This document shows positions 60,852-64,000 of a DNA stretch of 64,000 bases, one piece after another. Each line of letters starts with the position of its first letter. The stretch's first letter is position 1. The DNA comes from an uncultured delta proteobacterium (lineage in GTDB: Bacteria > Desulfobacterota > Desulfuromonadia > Desulfuromonadales > JACZKF01): contig CAWFKQ010000005.1 of assembly GCA_963816395.1 (NCBI GenBank), forward strand, positions 1 to 64,000, given 5' to 3'. Position numbers and translations under genes: made by a program. The notes under the pieces were generated by a model. The model worked only from the letters and a program-made list of their open reading frames with translations, made no database searches and was not told where the DNA came from.

Positions 60852-61472
60852 TCAGGAAAAGAATTGATCGAACTCGTTCTGGGAGGTATAAAGTGCCAGT
60901 TGGAGGCGGTTCTTGACCCCGAATTTCTTGTACAGGTGATTGCAGTGCGATTTCACCGTCTGCTCAGTGATCTTGAGCTTCTGGGCAATTTCCTTGTTTG
61001 ACAATCCCCCGCCGAGGCAGCGGAGAATTTCCTGCTCCCGCCTGGTCAAGGAAATTTCCTCGCGGCCCTTGTGCAGGAAGGAATCACGCAGGGTTTTGCG
61101 GTCGATCCATAACTCCCCCCTGTGTACCGACTCGATCGCCTTGCCGAGCATGGAAAGATCTGCATAGCCGGGAAGAAAACCGGCGAATCCCTTCGCCACC
61201 AGTTCAGAGAGGTCGCCGTAGGCGGTCAGCATGCCCCGATTCTCAATAATGCAGATGAGTTTGGCCGACTCGAAATGATAATCATTCAGAATCTGGCGGC
61301 ACATGATCTGGTCGGCCAGAATGATATCCGGGGCGATCTCGAGTTTTTCCTTCAGGTCCTCGTTGGAACTGGCCACCCCGATGACCCGCGTCGTGCGATC
61401 TTCTTCCAGAAGTCTTTTCAGCCCTTCGGCAAAAAGATGGACCCGACAGGCAATCAGGATGTTTACCGGCAT
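60852..61472 (-). CDS. LuxR/NarL-family regulator with atypical receiver
   Basis: LTRREQEIL..L..GLSNKEIA..L.I.EQTVKSH HTH. Confidence 0.9.
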   Translation of the reverse strand: MPVNILIACRVHLFAEGLKRLLEEDRTTRVIGVASSNEDLKEKLEIAPDIILADQIMCRQILNDYHFESAKLICIIENRGMLTAYGDLSELVAKGFAGFLPGYADLSMLGKAIESVHRGELWIDRKTLRDSFLHKGREEISLTRREQEILRCLGGGLSNKEIAQKLKITEQTVKSHCNHLYKKFGVKNRLQLALYTSQNEFDQFFS

Positions 61473-61636
61473 AGGAACTTTCCGTTAGGGGAGGGAAGCT
61501 GGTGCTCCCAGAATGATAATGGGCTATTCAGGTATGATTTAAACCCATCGGAGCGATAATTCAACCGGTGGGGAGAAAAAATCCGCTTTTTGGGTAGAGG
61601 GGATGTGAACGGGGCGGGTGCGGGGCAGGGAAACTT

Positions 61637-63349
61637 TCAGTGGATGTAGGCTTCGGTAACATAACGGCGCATCATGACATGCGTATTGAAATAATAGGCA
61701 TTTTTGCCGATGGCGTTTTTCATGATGCGAATCCATGCCGGCCGGTCGTGGTAGTACATTGGGATGATGATTTTCTCCAGCTTACTGTAGAGATCGAGAA
61801 CGTCTTCCGCCGAATGGTTGCTGTCGATTGCGTTTTCGGTAGCGGCGGGGCCTATCGACCAACCGGTGACTCCCTCAATATGTCCCTCGATCCACCAGCC
61901 GTCTAGAACGCTGAAGTTGGGCACGCCATTGAGGGCGGCCTTCATGCCGCTGGTTCCGGACGCCTCCAGGGGACGCAGCGGGTTGTTCAGCCAGACGTCC
62001 ACCCCCGGGATCAGGCGTGCCGCCACATCCATGTTGTAATTTTCCAGATAGACGCAGCTGATGCGACTTTTCAGCCGGCGGATCTGCTGGATAATCCGCT
62101 GAATTAACTCCTTGCCCGGATTATCACGGGGGTGGGCCTTGCCGCCGAAGACAAGCTGCAGCCTGCCTTCACCCATCGCCAGAAGTCGCTCCGCGTTGCT
62201 GAAGATGAGATCGCCGCGCTTGTAGGCTGCCGCTCGACGGGCAAAGCCGATGGTCAGGATCTCCGGATCGAGGCGGACCCCGGAAGTTTCCTCGATATAC
62301 TGGAAAAGGTAGGCTTTGGCGCCACAATGGGCGTCCCACAGCTCATCATCGGGAATAGTGTCCACCCGCACCAGCAGTTCCGGTTCCTTGGCCCAACTCG
62401 GCAGGTAACGGTTGAACAGGTTGACGAAATAGGGGGACGCCCAGGTGAAGGGGTGAATGCCGTTGGTAATGGCATGGATCTCGAAGCCGGGGAAGAGGAC
62501 CTTCGACACTTCGCCATGCTTTTTCGCCACTCCGTTGACGTAACGGCTCAGATTCATGGCCAGCCTGGTAGTGTTGAGCACCTCCTCCCCGGCCAGTTCT
62601 TTGAGCAGCGGCAGCGGAACGATTTCGCCCATGATCTGCTGCACCAGATCATAAGGGAACCGGTCATGCCCCGCCTCAACCGGAGTATGGGTTGTGAAAA
62701 CGCATTGCTCCATCACCCGGTGGGTATCCCAGGAGGCCCTCTCGTCCCAGGTATCTTCGACCGGGCGGCGAGACTGGTTGAGCAGTTCCAGGGTGAGGAG
62801 GCTGGCATGGCCTTCGTTCATGTGATATTTGCGGACGGTGAAGCCGAGAGCGTCCAAGATGCGGGCGCCGCCCAGGCCGAGGACGATTTCCTGCTTCAGG
62901 CGGTAAGCCTTGTCGCCGCCGTACAGCTCGTCGGTGAGATTCCGGTCACGCTCATCGTTGCCGGGAATGTCGGTATCCAGGAAAAGGACCGGCACCTGGC
63001 CGCCAGTGGGGCTGCGGACCCGATATAGCCAGGCCTGCACCTTGACATCCCGCCCCTCAATAGTGACCAGGGTCTTCACCGGCAGCAGTTCCATGAACTC
63101 CTCCGGTTTCCAGTCCCGAGGGAATTCCTGCTGCCAGCCATCCGGGCCGATTTTTTGCAGAAAGTAGCCTTTGCGGCAGATCAGGGTAACCGCCACCATC
63201 GGCACTTTGAGATCGGCAGCGGTCTTGATGGTATCCCCCGCCAGTACTCCCAAGCCGCCGCTGTAGGTTGGAATATCATTGGACAGTCCGATTTCCATCG
63301 AAAAATAGGATATTTTGGGTTCCTTGGTGAAAATTTTCCAATCACTCAT
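61637..63349 (-). CDS. glgP: Alpha-glucan phosphorylase (compact form)
   Basis: YFSME, YSGGLGVLAGD, HMNEGH, FTTHTP, GFARR...YKR, EASGTSGMK. Confidence 0.93.
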   Translation of the reverse strand: MSDWKIFTKEPKISYFSMEIGLSNDIPTYSGGLGVLAGDTIKTAADLKVPMVAVTLICRKGYFLQKIGPDGWQQEFPRDWKPEEFMELLPVKTLVTIEGRDVKVQAWLYRVRSPTGGQVPVLFLDTDIPGNDERDRNLTDELYGGDKAYRLKQEIVLGLGGARILDALGFTVRKYHMNEGHASLLTLELLNQSRRPVEDTWDERASWDTHRVMEQCVFTTHTPVEAGHDRFPYDLVQQIMGEIVPLPLLKELAGEEVLNTTRLAMNLSRYVNGVAKKHGEVSKVLFPGFEIHAITNGIHPFTWASPYFVNLFNRYLPSWAKEPELLVRVDTIPDDELWDAHCGAKAYLFQYIEETSGVRLDPEILTIGFARRAAAYKRGDLIFSNAERLLAMGEGRLQLVFGGKAHPRDNPGKELIQRIIQQIRRLKSRISCVYLENYNMDVAARLIPGVDVWLNNPLRPLEASGTSGMKAALNGVPNFSVLDGWWIEGHIEGVTGWSIGPAATENAIDSNHSAEDVLDLYSKLEKIIIPMYYHDRPAWIRIMKNAIGKNAYYFNTHVMMRRYVTEAYIH

Positions 63350-63543
63350 CAGGCAGTGACCTCACATGCGGAATTAAGTGTCAAGGATAACAGGAATTAT
63401 CATCATCGGGAGGGAAATATACTCAATCGAACCTGGACCTGCGGCTGCTGGCTTGAACCGCTTTTTGCTTGAAAGAGTGCCCTGAGATATGAAAAGCTTC
63501 AGCATTATCCATGCTTTTTTCTCCTCCACGGATTTCCGCCTGT

Positions 63544-64000
63544 ATGTATCAGGAATATTACGTTTCTGCGAAAAACCTTTCACCATCACGCCAAATCCGC
63601 GTTTTCTCTTTCTCAGTAAAAACCACCGGGAAGTATTCGCTCACCTGCTCTACGGTATCCGGCAGCGCTCGGGCTTCATCGAACTCATCGGCGAGGTGGG
63701 AACCGGCAAAACCACTGTTCTCCGGACGTTGATGAGCCAACTGGCGGAACAGGAATACCGGCTGGCGCTCATTTTCAATCCCGGTCTGTCCGCTCTCGAT
63801 CTGCTGCGCAGCATAAACCGGGAATTCGGCCTCTCCTCCGCGGGTGGTATTGGCGATCTCCTCCACCTGCTGAACGACTTTCTGCTGCAGGAGAATGCCG
63901 CCGGCAACACCGTCATCCTGGTCATCGATGAGGCGCAGAATCTCGAACCGGCGGTTTTGGAACAGATCCGCTTGCTGTCCAACCTGGAAACGGAAACGAC
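63544..64000 (+). CDS. ExeA/GspA-like AAA ATPase, partial (frameshift about 63562, runs off the window)
   Basis: MYQEYY then EKPFTITPNPRFLF, GEVGTGKTT, VIDEAQNL, EQIRLLSNLET read directly from the sequence. Confidence 0.85.

Noticed and set aside
52726..64000. Genomic island integrated at tRNA-Arg
   Set aside because: No integrase, no duplicated tRNA 3' end seen, and the downstream genes are host-like.

Overview
GC-rich bacterial chromosome segment. Gene order and content (era-der followed by an MCP-less che cluster and leuS; thrS-infC-rpmI-rplT-pheST-ihfA-merR-surE-pcm-nlpD-rpoS; multiheme cytochromes) point to Desulfuromonadia (Desulfuromonas/Geobacter relatives); this is an inference. The first 10.3 kb is accessory: a structured non-coding segment at the window edge, two tandem 12-heme c cytochromes, a ferritin-like protein, two general-stress membrane proteins, a secreted Ig-repeat protein, LigD, and a single-subunit molybdenum-storage-like gene with a small partner. 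About 10.4-52.8 kb is core genome, including an 11-gene chemosensory cluster and tRNA-Val(GAC) and tRNA-Arg(CCT). About 52.8-64 kb holds an Mla lipid-transport operon without mlaB, cytochrome c5, MgtC, a LuxR regulator, glucan phosphorylase and a partial ExeA-like ATPase. At least 13 indels break frames, including in leuS, so these are most likely long-read assembly errors. No CRISPR array, prophage, transposase or rRNA was seen. The most novel-looking signal is the C-terminus of the Ig-repeat protein (about 6070-6510). There an Fn3-like domain is interrupted by a membrane hairpin that ends in an internal lipoprotein-type Cys, suggesting a possibly undescribed surface-anchoring mechanism.
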